Positions 24,206-35,176 of a stretch of 35,176 bases of DNA are shown piece by piece. This DNA comes from Octopus bimaculoides (taxonomy: Eukaryota). A program made the position numbers and the translations under genes. Below the pieces are notes generated by a model, which searched no databases, was not told where the DNA came from, and saw nothing but the letters and a program-made list of their open reading frames with translations. How positions within the stretch are numbered: position 1 is the first letter of the stretch; each line of letters starts with the position of its first letter. The stretch covers positions 49,937,239-49,972,414 of the forward strand of contig NC_068981.1 of assembly GCF_001194135.2 (NCBI RefSeq). The letters run 5' to 3'.

Positions 24206-24937
24206 ATTTATGCGGGTTACCTGACATGTATATCATTTCTAATATGTGAATTGTTCTTTCATGTTTTCTTTGAACCTATACCTATATTTCTGTGAAATAA
24301 ACGATTATTTAATACCTTTGTGGAGACTAGAATTGAAAATTGCTGTCGGAAGCAACTGTGAACAAAGCAACTTTTTGATTTATCGTTAGCTATGTATATG
24401 AATAAATTTTCTCGCTTATAAACATGACGAAAATTCACATTTGTGATGGCTCTGATCATCCATTCTAGCATTGTTCGCAAGGTTACCTGACAAATTGGGA
24501 GACAAATAGCAACACTATTCCCACGACCAGTGTGTTAGATGGCGGAAAGATATCAGGGCGGAATATATACCACAGCCTCTTGACTGCAAGTTAAAAATTG
24601 AGTCTGAGAATTTCTGTGAGATGCCTTTTCTTTTAGATTAAAAATGAGAACACGAATATCCAAGGAGTTTAAGAACATTTTTGTCTTAATATCTTTTTAA
24701 GGAACTTCAATATCAGACGTTGAGAAAAACAATGTTAACTAATTAACAACACATAACTGTTAAATTCACTATAAATACAAAATTCTTAACAATGTATAAG
24801 ACATTTCGGTATTATTTAATCAATGTGGCATCTACAATGCTATCTCAGAACAAATCAATTACTAGACACATACAGCACTCAAAATAAGATTTTGTTTATT
24901 TATTAATATTCAATTCATTGAATAATGTGATTCGTTG

Positions 24938-24954
24938 AGAGAGAGAGAGAGAGA

Positions 24955-25028
<74 letters not shown>
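24938..25028. repeat. (GA)n microsatellite
   Basis: Seen directly. Confidence 0.97.
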
Positions 25029-25032
<4 letters not shown>

Positions 25033-25197
25033 TTTCATATGCATTGAGATGCCAAATATCGGACAATGACGATCGTGCTGAAAGGTCCCGTCTATGCCCG
25101 CGCTGAAAGGTTGCGCCCATCTAAAACTGATCATTTATATATTTTATATTCCGGCTATTACAAATGTATACATGGCTAGTTAGCATGATGTGCGTTT

Positions 25198-25300
25198 AAA
25201 GGTGGTGAACTGTCAGTATTTTTAGCTTGCAGGACAAAATGTTTAAGTACATCGACTTGCCTTCTATCCATTCGTAATCGATAAAACAAGTACGAGATGA
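25198..25300 (+). mobile_element. SINE family A, heavily degraded copy
   Basis: AAAGGTGGTGAACTGTCAG..GGACAAAATGTTTA..ATCGATAAAACAAGTAC aligns loosely with the other copies. Confidence 0.55.
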
Positions 25301-25440
25301 TTACTAGCTTTCATAAGCCAAACGTTCTAGTGCTTACAGCAAAAAATGGTGTGAGAGATATATATTTAAGATCCATAGTGAATAGAATTATGCATACTTG
25401 TGTACATGTACGCATTTGATTCGTATCCAGAAGTTAGTAT

Positions 25441-25442
25441 AC

Positions 25443-25494
<52 letters not shown>

Positions 25495-25535
25495 TCACAC
25501 ACATACCCATACATACACAGACATACACACACACA
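25441..25535. repeat. (TA)n then (CA)-rich microsatellite
   Basis: Seen directly. Confidence 0.95.
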
Positions 25536-25759
25536 TGCATGCGTGTACTCATGGGTGTGTAGTATATTTCGTGGTTGTACGCTCACGTTGGAACTACATT
25601 CTATCCTACAAATATGAGAATAATTGTTCAAAATAATGTATAGAATATGAGCAATAATATTGACACACCCTGAGATTCTATTTGTAGTAAATATAGTGTT
25701 TTTCAGTGTTTGTATATTGATATTTTGTGAGGCCCACTATTATAGTTTGACTAGTCTTT

Positions 25760-26300
25760 TACACAAATTTTTGTTTGTAGTTACTAGGAGAAGGTCATGT
25801 GTAGGTACAAATCTGTTTCGGATATTATGGAGATAGATGTTCCCATTTAAGGACTTGATTTCTGTTGTTTCCCGGTGTATGAAGTAATGAGAGAAGAGCA
25901 ATCCGTTTGGAAAATACCCAAAATATGCTCTTATTATTTGTTGTTTTCTTCAAAATTGGATATATTTGAATGTTTTGTGATTTCGGTCGGTGTTGAAAAT
26001 GTTTTCCTGTATATTATGTACATTTATTGGCAGGTTCAATGTACGTAACATTCCTATGAAAAACAAGTTGCGTCTACAAACTCACCCTATACATGATGTA
26101 ACTTTAAGTGAAATTCTCTAAATAATGGAAAGAATACCAGCCTGTGTTCCTTTGAGTATCGTAAAAATATGGATAGCAAAGCTGTATTAAGCTTCTTTCT
26201 AATCCGAATGAACCAGTGTTAATCTGTCCTTCAATATATTTCCTGTAATCCTAATAAAATTCTTCGTCGTGCCATCAATACTAGTGTCGTGAATTCTCTA
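25760..26300 (-). mobile_element. Possible very old Penelope-like RT remnant
   Basis: The minus strand gives KQQKSSP*MGTSISIISETDLYLHM (cf. YKQxxGLPMGSPISPIIxDLYM) and TQLVFHRNVTY (cf. LVSFDVTSLY). Weak. Confidence 0.35.
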
Positions 26301-26374
26301 AACCATTTCCGTTTCAATGCATCTGTTATTCAGATAACTATATTTCTATGCTTATTGTAAGATGTTAATTTTGC

Positions 26375-26396
26375 GTGTGCGCGCGTGTGTATATAC

Positions 26397-26455
<59 letters not shown>
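26375..26455. repeat. (TG)n microsatellite
   Basis: Seen directly. Confidence 0.96.
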
Positions 26456-26456
<1 letters not shown>

Positions 26457-26929
26457 ATGTGGCAATTGAAGTTGACTATAATAATATCTATTTCAAATAT
26501 TTGGTAATATTTACATAAACGTGAGTAGTGAAATTCGACTACTGTATAAACACGTATAGTTACTTTGATACTACCAAAGATTTCCCAATATCTACGTAGT
26601 TTTCAACATTATTATTAGACTGGGTTACTTTTTTGCCTGTTGTCTACCTGCAGGTTGACACACGCCTTCAAATGTTATTTATAATCCATTAGTGTATAGA
26701 TTTTGGGTGATTACAGCCTCCATTAGTGTAATTTGTTACTTTGTTTATGGAAGCAGTGAATATTTACCTACTAGATTGATTTATGATTACAACGGGAATG
26801 TAATTATTTTTCGTAATGGTGTCCTTGCTGTATAATGTCACACATGATTATGTACATTGACTAATATTTCATTCATATATGATTCTTTGCTGGCCTTCAT
26901 TTCATCGCTGCTTAGATTATACAGAAAAA

Positions 26930-28450
26930 GAAGCGATATCAAACCCATTGAGATACTCATCTCGGCGTGTAACTTTCATCGCCATTCGTTTTATTCGATA
27001 GAATGTACCGTAATTTAGACAGAATCCCAGACTTTTTCACATTAGTTGACCTACTGCTGATTATTCCCTTTGTTCTTCTTTTGTTATACACGTTCCTAAT
27101 CTTGTTTGCATATCATACTTCTGCGCACTCTAAAGTGAACTTCCAGTTTCGTCTTGATTTCATTCTTTTCTATGTTCCTCAATTCTCTGATTCCTGCTCA
27201 AGTTTTATTAGGTAACACTGACCAAATTTACATTCTTGAATATATCTCGTATTCAATGTAGATTTAACTTTTGATTTTATCAAGATATTTCACTATACAT
27301 TTCTTCTACCTTTAAAGATAATATATTCTCCCCTTATCTGGATACATTCCAGTACTTAACATGATTATATTTTTTCCGCATTTCATATCCATATTATCGG
27401 ATTTTTCAGGTCTGAACCTTTACTTTTGTCACAAATGAAGAAACCTGTGCATTGTATTAATGAATGCAGTCGGAGTTTATATTTTGTATGAACAGCACAG
27501 ATTGAAATCTTCATTAAAACGGAAATGATCCGTACCCTTATCAAATCTTTTATTATCTGTTTTAGAATGATTTACCAAGGGTTTAATACTATTAAAAAGG
27601 ATATAGGCGAGAAGCCTTATATGGAAAGTTTCGAATGTTGACCTGTATATCATCCGATCTTTTACGTACTGTTGCTAACTCTAGTCTTCAACATCATATT
27701 GCATTTTTTACACATAACTAATGACTTAGAGAACTTGGAAAAGTTTGGCAAACGAATGTGCAACAATGTGATATGCCTTGCTATAGTTTATCCACTCGAT
27801 ATACGTATTTATGTTCTTTCTACAAATCCTCAGATAATTTTATTGCTCATAAATTGTCCAGTCATCTTCCTCTTTTTTTCGGTAGCTTTTCTATTAGACA
27901 CTTCCAAATAAGTGGTAGGCACGTAATCGGCTGTTGCTTTTGATGTTCCCTATAAATTTCTTATCCATCATACATCGCAACTCTAGAAGCTGCTACATTT
28001 TAATCGCAGATAAATCTAAATCGGTTCATTAAACTTGTTTAATGTACACTCCCTCTTGATTTATCCACTGGATTTTGCTTGTTCTTGGCATGTTCACAAG
28101 ATTCTCCTTTGAATTGTGTAATATATTCAGCATTTTGTTTCATGCAACCTTTCCTCCTTTATCTCTAATAATATCATATAATGCTTCTCGTTTGGATTAA
28201 GAAGTTGATTCTAATTACACAGTGTTTTCCTTTATATATTTTTAATAATGTCTGTTAATCGCAGATGTCTTCACGGATTTCTGTAGCAAGCACACGGTTT
28301 AGGATTGTGAAATTGATGTTTTATTTTCCGTAATCTTCATTCAATCGACTGTTCTCAAAGTAACTCTCACTTACGACTTTAGGGTCTTCGTTATGTATCT
28401 GTTTTCATGGATCTCTATTTGTTCATCTGCAATGATGCCACAACAAATTT
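26930..28450 (-). mobile_element. R4/Dong-clade element, highly degenerate segment containing the RT
   Basis: QPITCLPLIWK (27901-27933; cf. YRPITCLPxMWK), WINYSKAYHIVAHS (~27755-27795; cf. WIDYKKAYDSVPHS), VNIR..LLAYILFNSIKPL (cf. SLSPLLF..LNPL) and DHFRFNEDFNL (cf. NHLLFMDDLKL). Upstream NQLLNPNEKHY (cf. QNQLFQTNQKRFY). Confidence 0.75.
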
Positions 28451-28804
28451 CTGCCCCTCCTACTAGATTCTACTGATGCGTATTTTAAATCCTACAATAG
28501 TATGCCCTTGATTATACATGGCATTTGAAATCTCTTGGTTCTCTGGGGATTTTTCGTAATCCATCTGACTTTGATTTGTCGATTCCTACCATTATTCATT
28601 GGTATTTCTCTGTAAATTTTTAAAGTTCTGAGTGAGCGATGTAGTTTGTTCCTGATATAAAATACCTGACCTGCAAACTAATGTTAGATTTTCCTTTTAT
28701 AAAAAAACAAAATATGAAATGGATATGTCACGTCAACTCAAATACATTGCTTCTTTATATTTTCAAATACTAAAACAGCAAATCTGTTGTGTTCTATTTT
28801 ACTT

Positions 28805-29020
28805 TTGCTTTTTACAGGGAAGTCGCATAGCAAATGGAATCCATATTTCGTCGACTTGAATTTGTATTTCTACAAGAAGGCAATTTTTTGTGTGCATGCA
28901 CATCCAAATTTGCTGCTAAAATTCAAATGCATAGTTGCAGCCAAATCATCATTCCTGCAACATTTTGCATTGCTTCGGAGTCAAATGGGGGCAACCTTAA
29001 AGAATGCGCGCTATAATCGT
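28805..29020 (-). mobile_element. R4/Dong-like zinc-knuckle/RLE-proximal fragment
   Basis: The minus strand, with frameshifts, gives IL*GCPHLTPKQCK..DDLAATMHLNFSSKFG..HLLCDFPV (cf. HIISGCPxLA..RHD.VA..IH..KYG..KILWDFPI). Confidence 0.5.
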
Positions 29021-30419
29021 ATCCGAATCATCGCTTATACATCATTTAGATGAGCAATTTACCATGCTCTCGATCTAGTTATCAATTAAGTTATGTTCTT
29101 TTGATACAAAAAACATTCTTTCGATATCGTTTTTGAACACTCCTTTCTGTTATCATAGCCACATCTCTTTTGAATTTTTGAAAGCTGCTAATTTCTATTT
29201 TTTCCTCATGTGGAACATCACCCGTGAACTATCTTTCTCTACTTTCTTTAACTGGTGCAGTTAAATTGTTTCTTAAAGTCATTAATATTTATTAGTATCC
29301 ACCTTTCCCATCTGTCGACCTGCGGTCCTAAAACTGTCGTTTCTTTTCTCATAACAATTCAATAATTAATTTGCCAGCAACTAATAGAAATATGTTGATA
29401 CTATCCATATTGTCCTAGGTAATCTTTTGGATAATATTATTTACTATTGTCGATTCCTTAGAATAAGCTCAACAAACTTCGTTCAGATTTATTGATTCTA
29501 TGGCCTTAACTTTCATTGTTTTAATCCTTCCTGAATTACATATGCATGGAAATATACCTGACAAAACATGTTACTCATTAGTAAAGATTTGTTGGTGATT
29601 TCTGTTAAATGTAAGAGTTTCTGCTTAATCCCAAATTTTGGAGATTATGTATATCACAGTATACGCAAAAGCTAAGCCGCTATTCGGGAGCCTGAAGTCA
29701 CATTGAACTCAATCGGGACATGTGTAGTGCTTAAAGACCATGTCACTTGGGTGATGCTGTTATGCGACACATAATCTAGAAGAGAAAGTTGCTCTTACGT
29801 TCCTTTCACGGGTTACTTTAGGTATGGATGCATACGTCAATGTCCTGTTTCTCAGTTTTGCGTGCAATTAATAATTGGTTGGTATTATATCTTTAACCAA
29901 AATCTATATTAGAAATAAAATATAAATTTTGAAACTTATAGCAATAATGTATTGATGTTTATAGTTTATGCTAATATAAGAGATATTCCTCTACACATAA
30001 CACATCGCCTTTATACTAAAAAAAAATTCTATATAAGGAAAATGAATATTTTTCTAATGTGGCGTTGTCTCTGCTCACAAAATATTTGTTCTGACGTTCT
30101 GAGTAGATGCCTTGATATCAAGACACAATGCAAAGTAATCCACATTAAATTTCAAAATATTAGTAAAAATAGAAATTAATAATATACAAGAATATCTGGT
30201 TTTGCCATTTGAAATATATAGCATGCTGAAAATGTAATATGCGAAGATTATATCTAGGAAAGTAAATGGAGTACAAAAGCAATTATATTTAAGAAATATA
30301 GATATAATGTTTTGGAATGTCTCACTGTTGCAACATAGGAAAATTATTCTCAATAAAATGTTAAAATGTCCATCACTTTAAGAGTATTATGGTTCATATA
30401 ATATCATAATATTTATCAG

Positions 30420-30675
30420 GTAAACACACACATACACACAGACACACATACATACACATATATGTATGTATGAAAGTATGTATGCACGTATGAATATATG
30501 TATAAGTATATAGGAAAGGGAATGAAAGTTCTTGTACGTGTATATAGAAATATAATTGTGTGCGTGTGTAATATATTCATATATTATATTATATATGTAT
30601 ATATGCATGAATAATAGATACAGTGACACATACATAAATGCATCTAATACGTATATTTGAATATGTGCATATATG

Positions 30676-30706
<31 letters not shown>

Positions 30707-30895
30707 NNNNNNNNNNNNNNNNNNNNNNNNNNNNNNNNNNNNNNNNNNNNNNNNNNNNNNNNNNNNNNNNNNNNNNNNNNNNNNNNNNNNNNNNGTGGGT
30801 GTGTGTGCACACGCATATATATATATATATATACATATTTGTGTGTGAGAGAGAGAAAGAGTGCGTATGTGTGTGAGCGTGTGTGTGTGTGTATG
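30420..30895. repeat. Low-complexity CA/TA/TG/GA region spanning an assembly gap (N 30707-30794)
   Basis: Seen directly. Confidence 0.93.
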
Positions 30896-31669
30896 TAGAC
30901 ATGTGCATGCGTATATTAACTATTCCAATAATACGCATTGGAACGTTTCATTTCATGAAATATCATAAATTACTTATCACAGTGAGCAAAAAACACATAA
31001 TTGACCAATGTTTTGGTGCTCTTTATATTACTTTCCTAATATCAAATCTTTATTGTATGTTTCTTTTAGTATTTAATATTCGAAGAAACAATTCTTTCAT
31101 TTCATATTTAAAAAAAAAATAATAAATAAAATTCTATACAGGTTTTCTTCTGTGTATCATAATAAATCTCTATTGGATTCTATGTTTTATTGCGATTTGA
31201 ATACGCCCATTGTGAACGTATCTTTGAAGCAATTTTCATTCGAGAAATGCATTTATATGTCGATTCGGTTGTTAGTTTCGTCTGTAGGAAATTCCATGAA
31301 TATCATGTAATGAAATATATTTATATTTTGAACAAAGATATGCTGATATACATCACTCAGTTCTCTACTTTTATCTCCAAACTAGCTTATAACAATTATT
31401 TCCTAATGCCCTATAGAGATTTAGGAACTTTTCAATATATTATTGCTTCCTGACAGAATTATGTACTTATAATTGTATTCATATACATCGCAATACACAA
31501 AGATATACAAATGTAAACAGTTACAAAGATATAAACTAAAAATCCACTATCTATTAACTATATAACAAATTCTCACATTATTCCACACACATCACAGACA
31601 AAAGCACTTGCAAATATGCATATACCCAAAATCACATACGTAAACAAAAATGCACATGAGCACTTAAAC

Positions 31670-31850
31670 ACACAGACACATATCTAAGCATATATAGATT
31701 GGCTTGTTTGTATATGTACATACATATATACACGTATGTATGTGCACACATATAGACATACACATGTGTGTGAGGTTTTGTGTGTTTGTGTATGCGTGTA
31801 TGTGTGTGTATGTGTGTGAATGTGCGTAAGTGTATGTATGTATGTGTGTG
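31670..31850. repeat. Degenerate (CA)/(TA)/(TG) low-complexity tract
   Basis: Seen directly. Confidence 0.85.
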
Positions 31851-32189
31851 ACTTAACAAGCTGTAGAATTATTAACACAATTTGAAATTATGCCTAATCG
31901 TCACACCAGCTATGAAAATGCGACGAAACATTCTGGAAATGCTTAATACACTACTATCCAAACATAAAAGAAAAGTAAAATTGGCTTATATATTCTGGAG
32001 CTGGGACAATACATTATTGGTCGATCAACTACATCGTTTTGAAAGTATTGTTTCAGATCAACTCACTTGAGAAATGAGCACAGCTCTAAATGTATTTTAT
32101 AGTTCAATGGGAATGAAATTTTCCACGTGAAATGAAATGAACAAAAGAAACACTGATAGGAAATGTTTCATCCTACTGAATGTTTTTAG

Positions 32190-32390
32190 AAACACTTTTG
32201 CGATTATTATAAACTACCATAATACCGGTAAAACGATTGAATATAATACAAATAACAAGTACAAAAAATACACACAAGCTCTGGAACTTATGCTACCAAA
32301 CTTTATAGCAGAATATATTCAGAATCTGGAGAACAATAATGCAAAATCCGAAACATGTATCTGCGAATATGCTGCTAATATTCTGGAAAA
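32190..32390 (+). mobile_element. Possible old Penelope-like RT remnant
   Basis: ORF 32137-32415 contains EYNTNNKYKKYTQALELMLPNFIAEYIQNLENN, loosely like FNNKYYKQTxGLAMG..IIAEIYxQNLENN. Weak. Confidence 0.35.
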
Positions 32391-32494
32391 CGGTTGTCAA
32401 TTTTATGTAATGTAATTAAGAGGATAAACTTTCAAAAATAACAATGGAAACCAACAGTAAATAACGAGAGGATTCAATCATCCTAAAATGATAA

Positions 32495-32693
32495 TTATCC
32501 TTTCTAATATAGGCACAAGACTTGAAATTTTTGGGAAGGGTTAAGTCGATTACATCGAATCCAGTCATTGACTGGTACTTATTTTATCGACCCCGAATGA
32601 TAGAACGCAAATTCTAACCCGAACGGAAACACAAGCGAAATACTACGAAACATTTTGCTCGGTGTGCTAACGATCATGCCAGTTCACCGCCTT
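32495..32693 (-). mobile_element. SINE family A copy
   Basis: The reverse complement reads AAGGCGGTGAACTGGCATGATCGTTAGCACACCGAGCAAAATG...GGGGTCGATAAAATAAGTACCAGTCAATGACTGGATTCGATGTAATCGACTTAA, collinear with the 5652 and 10387 copies. Confidence 0.82.
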
Positions 32694-32700
32694 TCTTAAC

Positions 32701-32701
<1 letters not shown>

Positions 32702-32777
<76 letters not shown>
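32702..32777. repeat. (TAA)n microsatellite
   Basis: Perfect TAA run. Confidence 0.98.
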
Positions 32778-32778
<1 letters not shown>

Positions 32779-33164
32779 GCCTAACACATATGATTTCAAA
32801 TTCTTTATAATCTACCCAAAGTGTTTAGTAATATTTGGAAGATTAGTAAGAAATCTAAGTAGAGATAGTGACAATAACATTCCTTATAGTGTAGAAACAA
32901 CGGATAACAATAAAACATTCAGACATATATATACACGAGTCAATGTTACAAAATAAGATCTAAATTATAACTGCCGAACAACCTCCACTTGTACAGTTAG
33001 AGGTAACTACTCGTGTAGGGCAAATATAGTAAAAGATACGTGATATTACCTGGATTCTATTTCCAATTCATTTCAATGACGTCAGAACTTAAATACACAC
33101 AGCTTTAAGAATAAAATTTATGTAAATCAACTCGACTCTTTTAACATATATTTATGTGTGAGTG

Positions 33165-33168
33165 TGCG

Positions 33169-33240
<72 letters not shown>
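33165..33240. repeat. (TA)n-(TG)n microsatellite
   Basis: Seen directly. Confidence 0.97.
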
Positions 33241-33241
<1 letters not shown>

Positions 33242-33754
33242 AGAAAAGGAAAATAAATACAAATGGCGTTTAAGTTTAAACGTCGTTTACATTTGCTTTT
33301 CTAACTACCCCACAGCAAGGTCGAACTCCCGAGTGGGACCTACTGTTTAGATTGGACTTTGTAGTGACATATCTACCGTATTCTTTCACGAATTCGATTA
33401 TGTTGAATTCAATGAATGTGAGCTGTATATTATCGTACCGAGACATTCCGTCGTCCTACGAGTTGATATGCCTTGATTCTACTGAATTGTGTAGACTGTG
33501 ACACTAGTAATGCCACGGAAATTAAAGGAAATTACAACTTGCTCTTGCAGAAAAAAGAAAAGTACATTATGAACGTTTATTTCAATAATTTTCTTAATAA
33601 CTTTTGTCTCTACATATTCAATTTTATTACATATTTTTCATAAGGTTTTTTTCAACAACTGAAACATGTAAAACAAAAACATTTTTTTAAATGTATTTAT
33701 ATAAAGAAGTCCAAATGTAACTAATTTTAAAAAGTAGCATTTTCGTTCTTCTTT

Positions 33755-33835
33755 TTCATATATACATATATATATACATATACATATACATATCTACACT
33801 CACGCACACCCCACCCCCCACACACACACACACAT

Positions 33836-33867
<32 letters not shown>

Positions 33868-33900
33868 TTGTGTGTGTGTGTGTATATATATATATGTATG
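33755..33900. repeat. Compound TA/CA/TG microsatellite
   Basis: Seen directly. Confidence 0.93.
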
Positions 33901-34349
33901 AATGCCTGATATACACACACAATAGACATATATAAAAAGAGACGCACAAGGCAAAGATATATGAATATGCATATGTGAACATTTACTCAATGAATTTGCA
34001 TATTAATGGGATGCATTTGTTGCAGCTCTCTGTGGTTGGTTTAAATTCATATACTGCCGAAGTAAACATTGAATTTCATAAGTTCGTTATCCATATGTAA
34101 AATACTAGTATTTCAAGACAGTCTTTTAGCTACCCAGAGGATATGCTTTGCATGAACTTGTGTTCAGATTTTTAAGATCAAACCTTATGGAGAAGGAAAA
34201 CTATTTCCGTTTTTTGCACTAATGAAGTTCATTTGCATCGCATCTATTCCTTCTATTTTATGTTTTCGTTTTTTTTTTTTTTTGTGAAATATCAGTTACA
34301 GTCACGACTCCAAAGTATGTACAATTATTCTATATGATTTTATCATAAT

Positions 34350-35176
34350 TTATTCATATTACCAACTATTACTGAGTATATTTCGATATCCCTTTGGATA
34401 TGTTCCGTCAAATGTCTAGCTTCTATCCATGTCATTTTGTATATCTTTGAATCTACACTGTCGACTAATATTCCGAAGCACACTTTTACCCACAAAATTA
34501 TGCTTCCTGGTATATATTTTACTTCCGACTTACTGCACCCCATTAAATGATAGTTAATACTTTACCTCCTTCTTCTGAACATATTAGCCTTCCGTCTGTG
34601 TTTTACCAATATTTGCCTTTATCAAATTCATTCCAATTGATTATTCCAAGGCATGTGTAATTGACCATTTTAAATCTCGATACAAATTTACATGTCAGCT
34701 ATAACCAGCTTTCTATAATTCAAGCATCCTTTGTTTCGTGCATAAAATCATGTAATACTTTTCTCTTACTGACTCTCTGTCCTGTCACACCTCCTATTTT
34801 CTTTAGATTCCCCTATCGTTTCACTAACATTCTTGATATTTCATGCTGCAGAATATAAATTCATTTTTTCCTCTGTTCAAACTAGATTGTCAAACACAAT
34901 ATCATAGTGGTATTGTCGTATTTTACGTTTAGCAAACCCCTGCCTCCTTCCTTTTCAACAACGTAGAATCCGTCGGTATTTATTTTAAGGTAGTGCACAT
35001 TGTGCATTGTAAGAAACTGCTCAGTTTTCTATCTCATGCCAGTAGACCTCAAGAGACAACAAGTTAGCAGTTCATGTGGAGACTGGGTGACCTCTTCAGT
35101 TGTTATAGGGGCCCAGAGTTGCTCAGGTGCTAAGTTCGTTGTTTTAATGGTCCTTTTTGGGGGTTGTTGCTTCACC
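34350..35176 (-). mobile_element. R4/Dong-clade element fragment with RT core missing; runs off the window end
   Basis: The minus strand reads LWAPITTEEVTQS (pre-RT) and, within ~60 nt, R*KTEQFLTMHNVHYLKINTDGFYVVEKEGGRGLLNVK (cf. DRKTRKLLTMH..HPKADVDRLY..RKEGGRGL). Later it gives SINYHLMGCSK..RKHNFVGK (zinc knuckle and RHD motif). Confidence 0.8.

Noticed and set aside
29060-29480. Possible L1/Tx1-like C-terminal remnant (QVDRWERWIL)
   Set aside because: Only a few residues resemble the family, and no second motif could be confirmed.
33318-33363. KVELPSGTYCLDW, resembling an opsin/GPCR extracellular-loop motif
   Set aside because: A stop follows two codons later with no good donor, and the match is too short to trust.
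636-33990. Many ORF-track entries rich in X, IY, CV, HT or LS repeats
   Set aside because: They are translations of N-gaps and (TA)n, (TG)n, (CA)n or (TC)n microsatellites, not genes.

Overview
This is AT-rich eukaryotic (animal) DNA, not prokaryotic. It is dense in microsatellites and has six N-gaps, most of them next to (TA)n/(CA)n/(TC)n runs. The SINE sequences and microsatellite load resemble an octopus/coleoid cephalopod assembly; that is recalled from memory and not verified. I found no host protein-coding gene I can support, and most ORF-track entries are translations of microsatellites or gaps. The window is mainly decayed transposable elements, identified by manual translation: (i) several Penelope-like (RT + GIY-YIG) remnants; (ii) a 3'-truncated RTE-clade LINE; (iii) a degenerate CCCH zinc-finger ORF1-like fragment; (iv) four minus-strand R4/Dong-clade (restriction-like endonuclease) pieces, two of which lack the RT core; (v) a full-length dead mariner with TIRs and TA sites, plus a mariner 3' end; (vi) several copies of two SINE families. 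The most unusual structures are a ~280-bp palindrome with a perfect 28-bp inner stem (14098-14376), the RT-less R4 elements, and a long Asn/Thr/Ser-rich linker in three Penelope endonuclease regions. I see no firm evidence of a new biological system; the leads below are testable hypotheses.
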